From: a virus | Taxonomy: Duplodnaviria; Caudoviricetes | Direction: 5' to 3' (one strand) | Virus record (IMG/VR): IMGVR_UViG_3300034524_000183 | Coordinates: 1 to 52,767 of that record | Length of the DNA stretch: 52,767 bases | In this document: positions 16,430-26,517 of the stretch, piece after piece | How the letters are laid out: each line of letters starts with the position of its first letter | Numbering within the stretch: the first letter of the stretch is position 1 | Program-made: the position numbers and the translations under genes | Notes under the pieces: generated by a model | The model's database searches: none | What the model was told of the DNA's origin: nothing | What the model saw: the letters and a program-made list of their open reading frames with translations, nothing else

Positions 16430-18088
16430 ATGAGCGAGCTCGGCAATCCCCCTGAAAATCAGGAAGATATTGATAATCCTGATAGCTCTTCCACGCCACA
16501 TGACGAGCTCGCAGAAATGCGGGCGAAGGTTGCCGGGCGGCGTGCCGAAGAAGTTGTTGTGCCACCAGCTGATCCGGAGCCGCTTGACGACGACTTCATC
16601 TATCGCTGTGCCCAGAACAAGGACATCGGCCATGGCATGCTCTACGCAGCACTCAACAAGGACCGGAAAGTATACAACCACCAAGCTGGTTGCTGGATGA
16701 TCTGGCGCGGTCACCATTGGGATTTCGACCTGACCGAAGGCGCTAATATCGATGTCGAGGATCTGGTTGATCAGTACATGGGCCTGCGAGACCGGATCGC
16801 CGACCAGAAGAAACGTGCCGAGGAAGATGGCGCTAACCAGTCCCACTTGGACTTTCTGGAAGGCAAACGCGAAACTTTGCTCAAGGCGTGTCGTTATCTG
16901 CACTCGATTAACGGTGTTACCAACTGCCTGAAAGGAGCTCGAGCAAACCGTGAGGCCATCGCCATTGCTGGTGATGAGATCGACCGGGAGCCGTGGTTGC
17001 TGCCAGTCGCGAACGGAGTTTTGGACCTTCGTTCTGGACTGTTGAAACCGGGGGTACCGGGGGACTACCTCGTACTCGCATCCCCTGTTGAATGGCGCGG
17101 CATCGATGAACCCTGCCCTACATGGGAAGCAGCGCTGCTGGCCATCATGAACGACGATCCCGAAATGGTCGCATATCTACGCCGCCTTTTCGGCTACGCC
17201 ATCACGGGCCAGACCTACGAGCATGTGTTCGTGGTTCTCTTTGGTGATGAGGGCCGTAACGGCAAGGATACCATGACCGGAACGTTGGAAAAGGTGCTCG
17301 GTCCATTGGTAGGAACAGTCCCTGCCGAAATGCTGCTTGACCAGAAGGGAGCTCGCTCGAGCGCCGGTCCTTCTCCAGACATCATGCAGCTACGAGGCCT
17401 GCGCATGGCGCTGGCCTCTGAGACGGATAAGGATGCTCGCTTTTCGCCCAGCCGTGTGAAGTGGCTCTCTGGTGGCGGCAGCCTCACAGGGCGTTATCCT
17501 CATGACAAGCGCCTCGTCACCTTTGAACCGACACATCAACTTTTCCTGCTCACAAACGAGAAACCCTACGCCAACGCCGATGACATGGCCTTCTGGACCC
17601 GTCTACATCTGGTGGACTTTGCCGTGCGCTTTGTCAAAGGCACACCCACAAAGCCCAACGAACGCCCTGTGGATCTGCGCATGAAGGAGAAGCTGCAGGC
17701 CGAGTACCCCGGCATTCTCGCATGGTTGGTTCGCGGTTGCCTTGAGTGGCAGCAGCAGGGGCTCAACCCGCCCGCCAAGGTGCTTGAGGCCACAAACGAA
17801 TATAGAAGTGATGAAGACCTCATGCAGCAGTTCTTCGTTGAATGTCTCATTACGGAGAACGTTCCTGAAACAGATTTCATTCTGTCCACCCCCCTGCACC
17901 AGTTCTTCTCCGTCTGGTGGGAAAAGAACATCAACAAAAAGCCATACTCACAAAAGGCCTTCGGCGGTCGAATGAAAAAGAAGGGGTATCCCAGCGAGAA
18001 GATCCCGGCGGCCGGGAACCTCATGGGCTATCGCGGTCTGCGGATCAACCGTGCCGCTTACAAGGATCTCACGGGCAAGGAGTTCTAG
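16430..18088 (+). CDS. P4/D5-family SF3 helicase (primase-helicase C-terminal part)
   Basis: D5_N-like LPVANGVLDL, Walker A GDEGRNGKDT, ASET, LLTNEKP and AFWTR motifs. Confidence 0.9.
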   Translation: MSELGNPPENQEDIDNPDSSSTPHDELAEMRAKVAGRRAEEVVVPPADPEPLDDDFIYRCAQNKDIGHGMLYAALNKDRKVYNHQAGCWMIWRGHHWDFDLTEGANIDVEDLVDQYMGLRDRIADQKKRAEEDGANQSHLDFLEGKRETLLKACRYLHSINGVTNCLKGARANREAIAIAGDEIDREPWLLPVANGVLDLRSGLLKPGVPGDYLVLASPVEWRGIDEPCPTWEAALLAIMNDDPEMVAYLRRLFGYAITGQTYEHVFVVLFGDEGRNGKDTMTGTLEKVLGPLVGTVPAEMLLDQKGARSSAGPSPDIMQLRGLRMALASETDKDARFSPSRVKWLSGGGSLTGRYPHDKRLVTFEPTHQLFLLTNEKPYANADDMAFWTRLHLVDFAVRFVKGTPTKPNERPVDLRMKEKLQAEYPGILAWLVRGCLEWQQQGLNPPAKVLEATNEYRSDEDLMQQFFVECLITENVPETDFILSTPLHQFFSVWWEKNINKKPYSQKAFGGRMKKKGYPSEKIPAAGNLMGYRGLRINRAAYKDLTGKEF

Positions 18089-18368
18089 GGATGATTGAGA
18101 CGATAGCGGATGATGCCTAGGGATGATCATCACAATCGTAACCATCTAAAATTACGAGATATGGAGTGGTGCGTCGGAGCTTAGGACCATAGGTCCGGCA
18201 ATAGTTGGGAGATTAGAAATCTCGGATTTTGACGACCATGTTTTTACACACTTATCTTCTCATCCTCCATTTTTAAAAAAAATATAATAAAAATATAATG
18301 ATAAGAATCAGGACAATTAGCAGGATGATTGTTTTACACGGTCTCATCCTCCAAGAGGAGAAGAGAAA

Positions 18369-19778
18369 ATGAACGTGCTTGATCTGGTGCGACAAGATGT
18401 AGGCGACAGCAATGTGCGGCTGCAGGCGAGAGGAGAGTGGGGTTCCCCCTGTCCATCCTGCGGCGGTGATGATCGCTTCCGCATCTTTCCGGAGCAGAAC
18501 GACGGTCGTGGATCCTACTGGTGCCGCGTTGAGCAGGTGGGGGGCGATGCCATCCAATACCTTCGCGATTATCGAGGCATGGGATATCGCGAGGCGTGCG
18601 AAGCAGCTGGGGTGGAGCCCCGAGCAAACTACAAGCCGCTCTCCGCTCCGAAATCAAGAAAAGCTGCATCCGTGCCGTCATTCAAGACGCATGCAGATCC
18701 CAAACAGCTCTGGCAGGAAAAGGCTCAATCCTTCATCACGACTGCCCATCAGCGCCTGCTGGCCCATCCTTCCATGCTTGCATACCTCGCAGGACGCGGG
18801 ATTCCGCTTGATGCGGTCAAGCGCTGTCGCCTTGGCTACAACCCGCAGCATGAATATCGCCCGCGTACATCGTGGGGGCTGGAAGAAGAGACTGGCGAAA
18901 ACGGCAAGTCCAAACGTCTCTGGCTACCCAAGGGCATTGTCATTCCATATTGGCGTGCAGGAGTGCTCCAGCGCATCAAGATCCGGCAGGACAACGGTTT
19001 TGAGTTCGGCCCCCGATACTACATGGTGCCGGGTTCCAGTAGTGCCCCAATGTGTCTCAACCCTGAAGCTAGAGCTTTTGTAGCTATAGAGGCGGAACTG
19101 GATGCCATTGCCTGCTGGTGGGCAGCCGTTGATGGTGGCCTGAAAGACGTTGGAACGCTGGGCATGGGGACGCTTGGCGGCAAGCCTGATGAATGGCTTC
19201 ACGCCATCCTCTCAGCTTGCCTATGTATTCTCAACGCACTGGACGTTGAGCGGATCTCGCCGAAGGACGACACGCCCGAGGCCATAGAAGAGGCGCAAAA
19301 GAAAGAGCTGATGCAGGCAAGGCAACGAGACTGGTGGCAGAAAACCTATCCGCATGCAGAGCGGTGGCCAGTGCCTGCGGGAAAGGATCCCGGCGAAGCC
19401 TTCGCCGCTGGCGTGGATTTGAAAACATGGATTGTCGCGGGCTTGCCGCCCGCGTTGACCTTGCCAGTCGCTTCCACCCCTGCTTCAGCCATGGTTCCTG
19501 CCGAGCCGCCTGCGCAGGCTGCGGAATTGCCATCACTCCACCCAGACGTGCTGCGCCTCCATGATGTGCTCTGCGCCGGTCCGATGTGGATTGAGAAGGA
19601 CGCAGCAAGGGTAGCGCTCGGCATCAAGTGGGATTGGAGTTGGCGGAGGGCAGCGCCGGAGCATGCGGCTCTGTGCAGCGAGCTTTCGAGGCTAGTGTTC
19701 CATACGGATGCAGCATTCGGGTGGGTAGTTGCGCACCCGGCGTCATTTATCGACAGCAGCAATTTGTTGCGCCCTTAA
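18369..19778 (+). CDS. DNA primase (N-terminal Zn-binding domain plus TOPRIM-like domain)
   Basis: PCPSCGGDDRF, GDAIQYL, YLAGRGI, IEAELDA and GKDPGE motifs. Confidence 0.8.
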   Translation: MNVLDLVRQDVGDSNVRLQARGEWGSPCPSCGGDDRFRIFPEQNDGRGSYWCRVEQVGGDAIQYLRDYRGMGYREACEAAGVEPRANYKPLSAPKSRKAASVPSFKTHADPKQLWQEKAQSFITTAHQRLLAHPSMLAYLAGRGIPLDAVKRCRLGYNPQHEYRPRTSWGLEEETGENGKSKRLWLPKGIVIPYWRAGVLQRIKIRQDNGFEFGPRYYMVPGSSSAPMCLNPEARAFVAIEAELDAIACWWAAVDGGLKDVGTLGMGTLGGKPDEWLHAILSACLCILNALDVERISPKDDTPEAIEEAQKKELMQARQRDWWQKTYPHAERWPVPAGKDPGEAFAAGVDLKTWIVAGLPPALTLPVASTPASAMVPAEPPAQAAELPSLHPDVLRLHDVLCAGPMWIEKDAARVALGIKWDWSWRRAAPEHAALCSELSRLVFHTDAAFGWVVAHPASFIDSSNLLRP

Positions 19779-19837
19779 TTTTCCCCCGCAGGAGGGGGAA
19801 CGCGAAAACAGTTTTTTACCCGCTGAGAGGGGGAAAA

Positions 19838-20287
19838 ATGAAAGAACAGCGTCCGAGATTAGCCCGCATAACAGTCAAGCTTGCCGATGGATCCGTCCGC
19901 GCCTTTTCTGTTTACGATGCAGAAGAATGGCCTGAGCGTAACGGACCTGCGGGGTTAGTTCGGGTGCAGGACGGTGAAACATGGGTCAGCAGAGATGGTA
20001 ACAAATACGATTGGCATAATCCAGAAGCAGTGGGCCATCTGTTAGCCACCCTATTGCGGGAGCAAATGGGTACCGTTGAGCCTGAACCGCACATACCACC
20101 AGACACTCCGGCGGGAACACCGGTGTGCGTCAAAACTGCATCCGAAGTAGGTCGACAGTTCTCAACACGTACCCGATCCGCTCCATTTGAACGCGGGGGA
20201 CAATGGAAGGTCTTTGTGTCCGGGCACCGCTATCCGTTGCCACTGGAGTGTGTGGAACGAGCGAGAGACGGGCCGGAAGATAAATAG
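19838..20287 (+). CDS. Hypothetical protein
   Basis: ATG at 19838 after GAGGGGG; co-oriented with its neighbours. Confidence 0.6.
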   Translation: MKEQRPRLARITVKLADGSVRAFSVYDAEEWPERNGPAGLVRVQDGETWVSRDGNKYDWHNPEAVGHLLATLLREQMGTVEPEPHIPPDTPAGTPVCVKTASEVGRQFSTRTRSAPFERGGQWKVFVSGHRYPLPLECVERARDGPEDK

Positions 20288-20427
20288 CGGAACTGAGAGA
20301 GGGCTGCCGCATGCAGCTCGTACCTCCATGCGGCGACCGGATACGTGCATATCCGACCAGAAACTCCAGCCCTCCTGCCGAAACGCGATACGCATCGGTG
20401 AAGGAGGCCTACCACAGGATTTGTCGG

Positions 20428-21774
20428 ATGAAAACGATCTCTCTTGAATACTGGCCACTGGAACGATTGAAACCATACGAACGCCAACTGCGAAAGAATG
20501 ATCGCCATGTCGAAAGAATGATGGATTGCATTACAGAGTTCGGATTCCGACTTCCCATTCTGGCAAAGGCTGATGGCGTTGTTGTGGATGGCCACCTTCG
20601 CTTGAAAGCTGCCCTGCGTATGGGGCTTGCAGAAATCCCAGTTATCCTCGCTGATGGTATGACGGAGGCGCAAGTGCGGGCCTTCCGCATTCTCGCCAAC
20701 AGTTCCGTCGCCTGGTCAAAATGGGATGAAGAGGCGCTTGCTGCCGAGCTGGATGCGCTGCAGCAAGAGTCCTTCCAGCTCGAGCTCACGGGCCTTGCGC
20801 TTTCCGAGATTGAGGATCTGCTGGATTCTCTGGACCGCGAAGATGCTGGGCCGGATCCTGACAAGCTTCCTCCTGACGGGCCATGCGTCACCATGCCCGG
20901 AGATATCTGGTTGCTGGGGGCTCATCGGCTTCTGTGCGGGGACTCCACCTGCAAAGATGCAATGGCGAACCTCATGCAAGGCGCGGAAGCTGACCTGATC
21001 TGGACTGATCCGCCGTACAACGTGAACTACAAAGGAAAGGCCGGCAGCATCAAGAACGACAACATGAAGGCTGCAGAGTTCCGTCAATTCCTGCTTGCTG
21101 CCTATTCGGCCATGTTTGGTGTGCTCGGAAAGGGGTGCCCTATCTATGTCGCTCATGCGGACACTGAAGGCGTCAACTTTCGAGGCGCCTTTCAGGAAGC
21201 TGGGTTCAAGCTGGCATCCTGCCTTATCTGGCGCAAAGATCATTTTGTGCTCGGTCGGGCAGACTATCAGTGTCAGCATGAGCCTATCCTTTATGGCTGG
21301 AAGCCGGGCAGCGCTCATCGATGGTACGGCGGCCGGAAACGGAAAACCATTCAGGAGCTGGGTAGCTTCGGCTCCATAGAGCAGCTTGCTGACGGCTCCA
21401 TTATCCTGTGCCATGAGGGTACCTCCACGGTTATCACCGGGCGAGATCTGGCGGTAGAGCAATTCGACAGCACTATCATTCTGGAGCGTAAACCGCTCCG
21501 AAGTGAACTCCATCCCACCATGAAGCCGGTGGGATTGGTAGAGCGCTTCATCCGTAACAGCAGTAGGGCGGGCAATATGGTTCTTGATCCCTTCGGCGGC
21601 TCGGGCACTACGCTTATTGCGTGTGAGCGCACTAACCGAACCTGCCGAACAATGGAACTGGATCCCAAGTATGCAGATGCCATCGTCAGACGTTGGCAGG
21701 CCTATACGGGGAAAAGCGCCGTGCATGAGCGCACCGGCTCAACTTTCGATGACAGGGAACAGCTCAATGGATGA
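20428..21774 (+). CDS. ParB-like domain fused to an N4/N6 DNA methyltransferase
   Basis: ParB-like FGF..PIL...VVDGHLRL; HRLLCGDS, TDPPYN (motif IV), HPTMKP and VLDPFGGSGTT (motif I). Confidence 0.92.
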   Translation: MKTISLEYWPLERLKPYERQLRKNDRHVERMMDCITEFGFRLPILAKADGVVVDGHLRLKAALRMGLAEIPVILADGMTEAQVRAFRILANSSVAWSKWDEEALAAELDALQQESFQLELTGLALSEIEDLLDSLDREDAGPDPDKLPPDGPCVTMPGDIWLLGAHRLLCGDSTCKDAMANLMQGAEADLIWTDPPYNVNYKGKAGSIKNDNMKAAEFRQFLLAAYSAMFGVLGKGCPIYVAHADTEGVNFRGAFQEAGFKLASCLIWRKDHFVLGRADYQCQHEPILYGWKPGSAHRWYGGRKRKTIQELGSFGSIEQLADGSIILCHEGTSTVITGRDLAVEQFDSTIILERKPLRSELHPTMKPVGLVERFIRNSSRAGNMVLDPFGGSGTTLIACERTNRTCRTMELDPKYADAIVRRWQAYTGKSAVHERTGSTFDDREQLNG

Positions 21775-22525
21775 ACTGAAACTTGAAGAACTACTTGAAC
21801 GCAGTGCGTCCAGTGACGTTGCCTCGTTGCTCAAAGCGAAAGAAGAAGCTAAGCGCGTTATGCGTGACGATCCCTCCCCAGCGGCCATATCCGCGTTTGA
21901 ACGAGCATCGCGCCTTCTGGAGGCTCGCATGCAATCGACAAAGACCGGAGAAAACACCTTCTCCACCCCAGCTCAGGTCATAGAGTACCTGACCTCGCAA
22001 CACCGCAAAGTCGCCAAAAGCAAGCTCTATGCAGACATTAAGGCCGGACGGCTGCGCAAACGTGATGGAACATTCACGGTGGCGGATGTAGAAGCCTACT
22101 CCCGCACCCTGCCGCTCACGTCAACACCGGATGCACAGGCCAAGGCTGCAGATGATGTTGCCCGCCGCAAGCAGGAAGCGGAGGCCATGCGAATAGAAGA
22201 GCAGGCCAGACGAGAGAAGATCAAGCGCCTGCGGGAGGAAGGCAAGCTCATTCCGAGAGAGGATGTTGAAATGGAGCTGTCAACGCGTGCAGTCACTCTT
22301 GAAACGTCTTTGAAATCCGCTATCGAAGTACATGTACTTGAGCTGATCAATGCCGTCGAGGGCAACCCCAACCACTCGCACACGCTGATCAACTCCCTTG
22401 AGGCTTTGTTTGACAAGATTCTGAATGAATATGCGCGGGAGATGGAGATCGAGGTGGAGTTCTCATGTGATGATGCTGAAGAACCCGACGAATACCCCTC
22501 AGAAGAAAGCGACTCGGAAGCCTGA
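21767..22525 (+). CDS. Putative terminase small subunit
   Basis: HTH-like segment plus coiled coil ending EGKLIPREDV; overlaps the large terminase start. Confidence 0.6.
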   Translation: MDELKLEELLERSASSDVASLLKAKEEAKRVMRDDPSPAAISAFERASRLLEARMQSTKTGENTFSTPAQVIEYLTSQHRKVAKSKLYADIKAGRLRKRDGTFTVADVEAYSRTLPLTSTPDAQAKAADDVARRKQEAEAMRIEEQARREKIKRLREEGKLIPREDVEMELSTRAVTLETSLKSAIEVHVLELINAVEGNPNHSHTLINSLEALFDKILNEYAREMEIEVEFSCDDAEEPDEYPSEESDSEA

Positions 22526-24509
22526 CCGAGTTAGCATAGCATCCGGCCTGCCTCTCTGGCTGCCGGAAAAAGTGCGAAACCGACTTCGCCGGAAGCTCAG
22601 AGCTTCCGGCGGTCGGCTCGCCTATTCCTTCCGCTTTTCCCGTGGGGAACGTGCCGCCCTTCGCCATCGTGCTCCGGTTCCGGTGAGCGAGTGGTCCACC
22701 CGCCATCGCGTGTTACATATGAGCGCCATCCCGGGGCGCTGGCATAACGACATCACTCCCTATCTTGCAGGCATCATGGATGCCAGCTTCTTTCCCGGCG
22801 TTGAAGAAATCGTCCAATGCAAGGGGCCACAAGGCGGCGGGACAGAAGCCGTGCACAACTGCATCGGTTATGCTGCAGACAGGCGTCCCGGTCCCACGCT
22901 CTACGTCTTTCCCGACGAAATCACCGCCCGTGAAAACTGCACTGATCGCATCATTCCCATGTTCGAGGAATCGCCGCGGCTGCGCGAACTGTTCACGGGA
23001 AAAGGGGAAGATCGTAGCGCCATTCGCGTCAACCTTTCCAATATGCCTGTATACATGGCGTGGTCAGGATCCGCGACCAAGCTTGCCAACAAGCCCATCT
23101 GCTATTTGGTGCTAGATGAGCTGGACAAGTTCCAGAATCCCAAGAAGGAAGCCAGCTCGGAAAGCCTTGCCGAGGCCCGCACCATCACCTTTGCCCGCCG
23201 CCGGAAGATCTGGAAAATTTCTTCGCCTTCAGATGCCGAAAGCCCCATTTGGCGAAACTTCCAGAAGGCGCAGGCCAAGTTCGACTATTGGGTCCGCTGT
23301 CCGGACTGTGGCGGCGAGCAGCTCATGGAGTTCGACCGCATCCGCTGGGAAGGTGGCACCAAGGCCAACCCCGAAGAGCTGAAGGCCCGCAATCAGGCCA
23401 CCTACGTCTGCGAACACTGCGGCAGTTGCTGGACAGATCAGGGACGAAATGAGGCGGTGAAGCGCGGATACTGGAAGGCTCGCGGCTCCGGCCTTGAACT
23501 CTTTGCCCATCTGAAGGCGTACAGGCCACGCTCGATAGGCTTTCATGTTCCGTCGTGGATCTCGCGCTTCGTGAGCCTTTCTGAAATCGCCGCTGACTTC
23601 GTGGAGTTCAAGCAGGCCAAGGCGCTGGGCAAGTCGGAGTGGAAGTCCAAGATGAAGGACTTCATGAACAAGCGCAAAGCCGAACCGTGGTATGACTACG
23701 AAGAGCAGCGCACTGAGGATGTTCTGCGACAGCACTGTGATGACCGGCCGCGCGGCGTTGTGCCGAGCCCGTTTGGAGATGGGATGTCCAGAGTCTGCTC
23801 ACTGTTGGCAGGCGTGGATACGCAGAAGGGCTATTTCCGGTACGTGGTCCGCGCCTTCGGCTGGGGCGATGAGCAGGAAAGCTGGCTGGTGCAGTGTGGG
23901 AGCCTGCCCACGCTGGAAGCAGTGGAGCGTCAGATCTTGCAGCAGACGTTCCGCGATGTGCAGGGGAATGAATACTCCGTGGAGCGACTCCTGATTGATG
24001 CCATGGGGCACCGTACCACGGAGGTCTATAACTTCGCCCGGAGGTATCGAGCCCGAGTGTTGGCCACAAAAGGTGAACAGAAGTATAAGGCCCCCGTTTC
24101 GTACGGCCAGATCGACTACTTTCCACAGTCAAAAAAGCCCATCCCCGGAGGGCTGAAGCTAGGGCATATTGATACAACCGTCTTTAAGGATGCCCTTGCC
24201 GCCAAGCTGGAAGTGCAGCCGGGTGATCCCGGTGCGTTTTGGCTTCACTCAGCGCAGGGCATGCCCAAGGCTTACTTTGATGAAATGACCATTGAGTATT
24301 GGGATAATGATGCCAAGGCATGGATATGCCCGAAAGGCAAGGATAACCACTTCTGGGACTGCGAGGTACTTTGCCAAGCTGGTGCTTGGGAATTGGATAT
24401 ACGCCGCCGTCGACCACAGAAAGAGCAAAAGAAATCAAGTCCACGTCCACAGCCCATTCCACAATCTTCAAAAGGCGTGGGCATTGGTTCACGGCCTCTA
24501 TGGTTCTAG
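22470..24509 (+). CDS. Terminase large subunit, lambda GpA family
   Basis: TPYLAGIMD, KGPQGGGTE, LVLDELD, CPDCG/CEHCG, GVDTQ and NHFWDCEV motifs. Start position is approximate. Confidence 0.92.
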   Translation: MMLKNPTNTPQKKATRKPDRVSIASGLPLWLPEKVRNRLRRKLRASGGRLAYSFRFSRGERAALRHRAPVPVSEWSTRHRVLHMSAIPGRWHNDITPYLAGIMDASFFPGVEEIVQCKGPQGGGTEAVHNCIGYAADRRPGPTLYVFPDEITARENCTDRIIPMFEESPRLRELFTGKGEDRSAIRVNLSNMPVYMAWSGSATKLANKPICYLVLDELDKFQNPKKEASSESLAEARTITFARRRKIWKISSPSDAESPIWRNFQKAQAKFDYWVRCPDCGGEQLMEFDRIRWEGGTKANPEELKARNQATYVCEHCGSCWTDQGRNEAVKRGYWKARGSGLELFAHLKAYRPRSIGFHVPSWISRFVSLSEIAADFVEFKQAKALGKSEWKSKMKDFMNKRKAEPWYDYEEQRTEDVLRQHCDDRPRGVVPSPFGDGMSRVCSLLAGVDTQKGYFRYVVRAFGWGDEQESWLVQCGSLPTLEAVERQILQQTFRDVQGNEYSVERLLIDAMGHRTTEVYNFARRYRARVLATKGEQKYKAPVSYGQIDYFPQSKKPIPGGLKLGHIDTTVFKDALAAKLEVQPGDPGAFWLHSAQGMPKAYFDEMTIEYWDNDAKAWICPKGKDNHFWDCEVLCQAGAWELDIRRRRPQKEQKKSSPRPQPIPQSSKGVGIGSRPLWF

Positions 24510-24517
24510 GAGGTAAG

Positions 24518-24739
24518 ATGAGTAACGCAGTTGAGGCAGAAGTCAGAAACTTCGGCATGGGGGTCAAGAAGGCCTGCATCTATCTTGGAATTGGACGCAC
24601 CAAGTTCTACGATCTGATGGAGGACGGTGCATTTCCTAATGCCTATAAGTGTGGGACAACAACACGGGTGCCTCTGGGTGACCTGATGGACTATCGTTCA
24701 AAGAATAAGGTTGTGATCGAGTATGAGAATTTTGGATAA
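24518..24739 (+). CDS. Excisionase/AlpA-like HTH protein (candidate late activator)
   Basis: VKKACIYLGIGRTKFYDLMEDG winged HTH; AGGAGG RBS. Confidence 0.8.
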   Translation: MSNAVEAEVRNFGMGVKKACIYLGIGRTKFYDLMEDGAFPNAYKCGTTTRVPLGDLMDYRSKNKVVIEYENFG

Positions 24740-24760
24740 AAATTCTCAAAAAAGATTCCG

Positions 24761-24790
24761 TAGCTGTTCGTAGTTGTTCGTAGCTGTTCG
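24761..24790. repeat. Three tandem 10-bp repeats TAG(C/T)TGTTCG
   Basis: Read directly; intergenic, just upstream of the head operon. Confidence 0.9.
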
Positions 24791-24824
24791 TGCATCACTC
24801 ATTTGAATCCTTCATTATGGGGGC

Positions 24825-25052
24825 ATGACAATATGGACACGCGACGAACTGGTAGCACAGCTTGCTGAATGGAAGAAAGCCCTCCTTCTTTGTGCTTCAG
24901 GCAAGTCATACGGCATAGCGGGCAGAACCCTCACTCGTTCCGATGTAGCTGACATCCGGAAGATGCTTTCCTATCTGGAACGCGAACTCAACAAAATCGA
25001 CGGTACCCCGGTCGGCCCTGTGTTCGTGCAAGGGGTTACCCGCCGTGGCTAG
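24825..25052 (+). CDS. Head-tail joining protein (gpW-like)
   Basis: GKSYGIAGRTLTRSD motif; lies between terminase and portal. Confidence 0.75.
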   Translation: MTIWTRDELVAQLAEWKKALLLCASGKSYGIAGRTLTRSDVADIRKMLSYLERELNKIDGTPVGPVFVQGVTRRG

Positions 25053-26517
25053 TATCTTGCGCCGCCAGTCCGGTCTTCAGCGCCGCTATCCCGGTGTCCG
25101 CCGCTCGGCTGGCTCGCATTCCGGTCGCCTCGGCGGTTGGCACACCCACCGCACCCCCGCATCCTCCGCTCGCTTTGAGCGGGACACGCTGCAACTACGT
25201 GGCGAGGATCTGGTCGCAAACGATTGGGCTCCTCGCTCCGTAGTCGATTCCATGACTGTGAACGTGGTCGGCACCGGCCTCAAGCCACAGGCAAAACCTC
25301 TTGCCGAGATGCTCGGCATTACACCAGAGCAGGCTCGCCTTGTTGCCCGCCAGCAGGAATTTGCATGGCAGATGTGGCAGGGGGAAGCCCACCCCAGTGG
25401 GAAGCTCACCTTTGACGATCTCTGCTTTCTCGGCTTGCGCAGCACATTGACGCTCGGCGAGCTACTCTATCTTCCTGTCATGCTGCCGGATGCTGGCCGC
25501 CGCTTTTCTCTCGCCATTCAGGATGTCCACCCCGGACGACTGCGCACCCCGCTGGATCTTGCCTCCAATCCCGCCATCCGCGAAGGCATCGAATTTACCG
25601 AATGGGGTGCCCCTTCGTGGTACTGGATCTCCGATCCGCCTGCAGGCCTGTTGCAGGATTGGAGTTGCGGCAATGAAGCCCTCAGCTCCGCCCATTTCGT
25701 CCGCAAGCCCGCCTTCGTCGCCCACCGCCCGTGTGTGCTCCACCTCTTCCGTGTTGAAGAGGTGGAGCAGGTGCGAGGTGTCTCTCCGCTTGCGCCCGGC
25801 ATGAAGCTGTTCCGCCATCTGGATGATTCACTTGATTACGAACTGATGGCCCAGATCGTCACCGCCAGCATCCCCATGTTCATCGAGACAGAGGATGCGC
25901 AAGGCATAATCCGGATGCAGGATGACAGGCGAGAAGACGAATACTACCAGCAGATCCGGCCCGGACAGATCATGTACGGCAACCCCGGCGAGCGCCCGCA
26001 CGTTCTTGAATCCAGCCGCCCCGGAAACAATTTTGTCCCGTTCACTGAACTTATCCTCCGTGCTGCATCCGCCTCCATGGGCATGCCCTACGAAGTGCTC
26101 TCCAAGGACTTCTCCAAGAGCAATTACTCCTCCACCCGTGCAGCCCTGCTCGAAGCATGGCGTGTCTTTCTGCTTTACCGCACATGGATGGTGAACCACC
26201 TGTGCCGCGCCGTGTGGTGCATGGTGCAGGAGGAGGCCATTCTGCGCGGGTATGTGCAGCTGCCGAAGAACGCCCCCGGATTCTATGATGCCTACCATGC
26301 GTGGACCAACTCCAAATGGATAGGCCCGGCTCGCGGCTACGTGGATCCCGTCAAGGAAGTTCTGGGCGCTGTCAAGGCGCTGGAGAACCGCCTGACCACC
26401 CATGCCGACGTCATCGCGGAAAGGGGCGAAGACTGGGAAGACGTCTGGGCCCAGCGTACATTGGAGGATTCCATACTGCTCTCCCAAAATCAGCAAGGAG
26501 CTTCCGCCCATGTATGA
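25045..26517 (+). CDS. Portal protein, lambda family
   Basis: NVVGTGL, QVRGVS.LAP, SNYSSTRAALLE and YVDPVKE motifs. Confidence 0.93.
   Translation: MASILRRQSGLQRRYPGVRRSAGSHSGRLGGWHTHRTPASSARFERDTLQLRGEDLVANDWAPRSVVDSMTVNVVGTGLKPQAKPLAEMLGITPEQARLVARQQEFAWQMWQGEAHPSGKLTFDDLCFLGLRSTLTLGELLYLPVMLPDAGRRFSLAIQDVHPGRLRTPLDLASNPAIREGIEFTEWGAPSWYWISDPPAGLLQDWSCGNEALSSAHFVRKPAFVAHRPCVLHLFRVEEVEQVRGVSPLAPGMKLFRHLDDSLDYELMAQIVTASIPMFIETEDAQGIIRMQDDRREDEYYQQIRPGQIMYGNPGERPHVLESSRPGNNFVPFTELILRAASASMGMPYEVLSKDFSKSNYSSTRAALLEAWRVFLLYRTWMVNHLCRAVWCMVQEEAILRGYVQLPKNAPGFYDAYHAWTNSKWIGPARGYVDPVKEVLGAVKALENRLTTHADVIAERGEDWEDVWAQRTLEDSILLSQNQQGASAHV

Noticed and set aside
15747-16433. 228-aa ORF across the att region
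   Set aside because: Overlaps the tRNA, att fragment and cos-like site; no RBS or recognisable motif.
20428-21774. Methyltransferase as part of a restriction-modification system
   Set aside because: No adjacent endonuclease; ParB-methylase fusions before terminase are common orphan phage genes.
24761-24790. Short repeats as a possible CRISPR array
   Set aside because: 10-bp units with no spacers, and no cas genes in the window.
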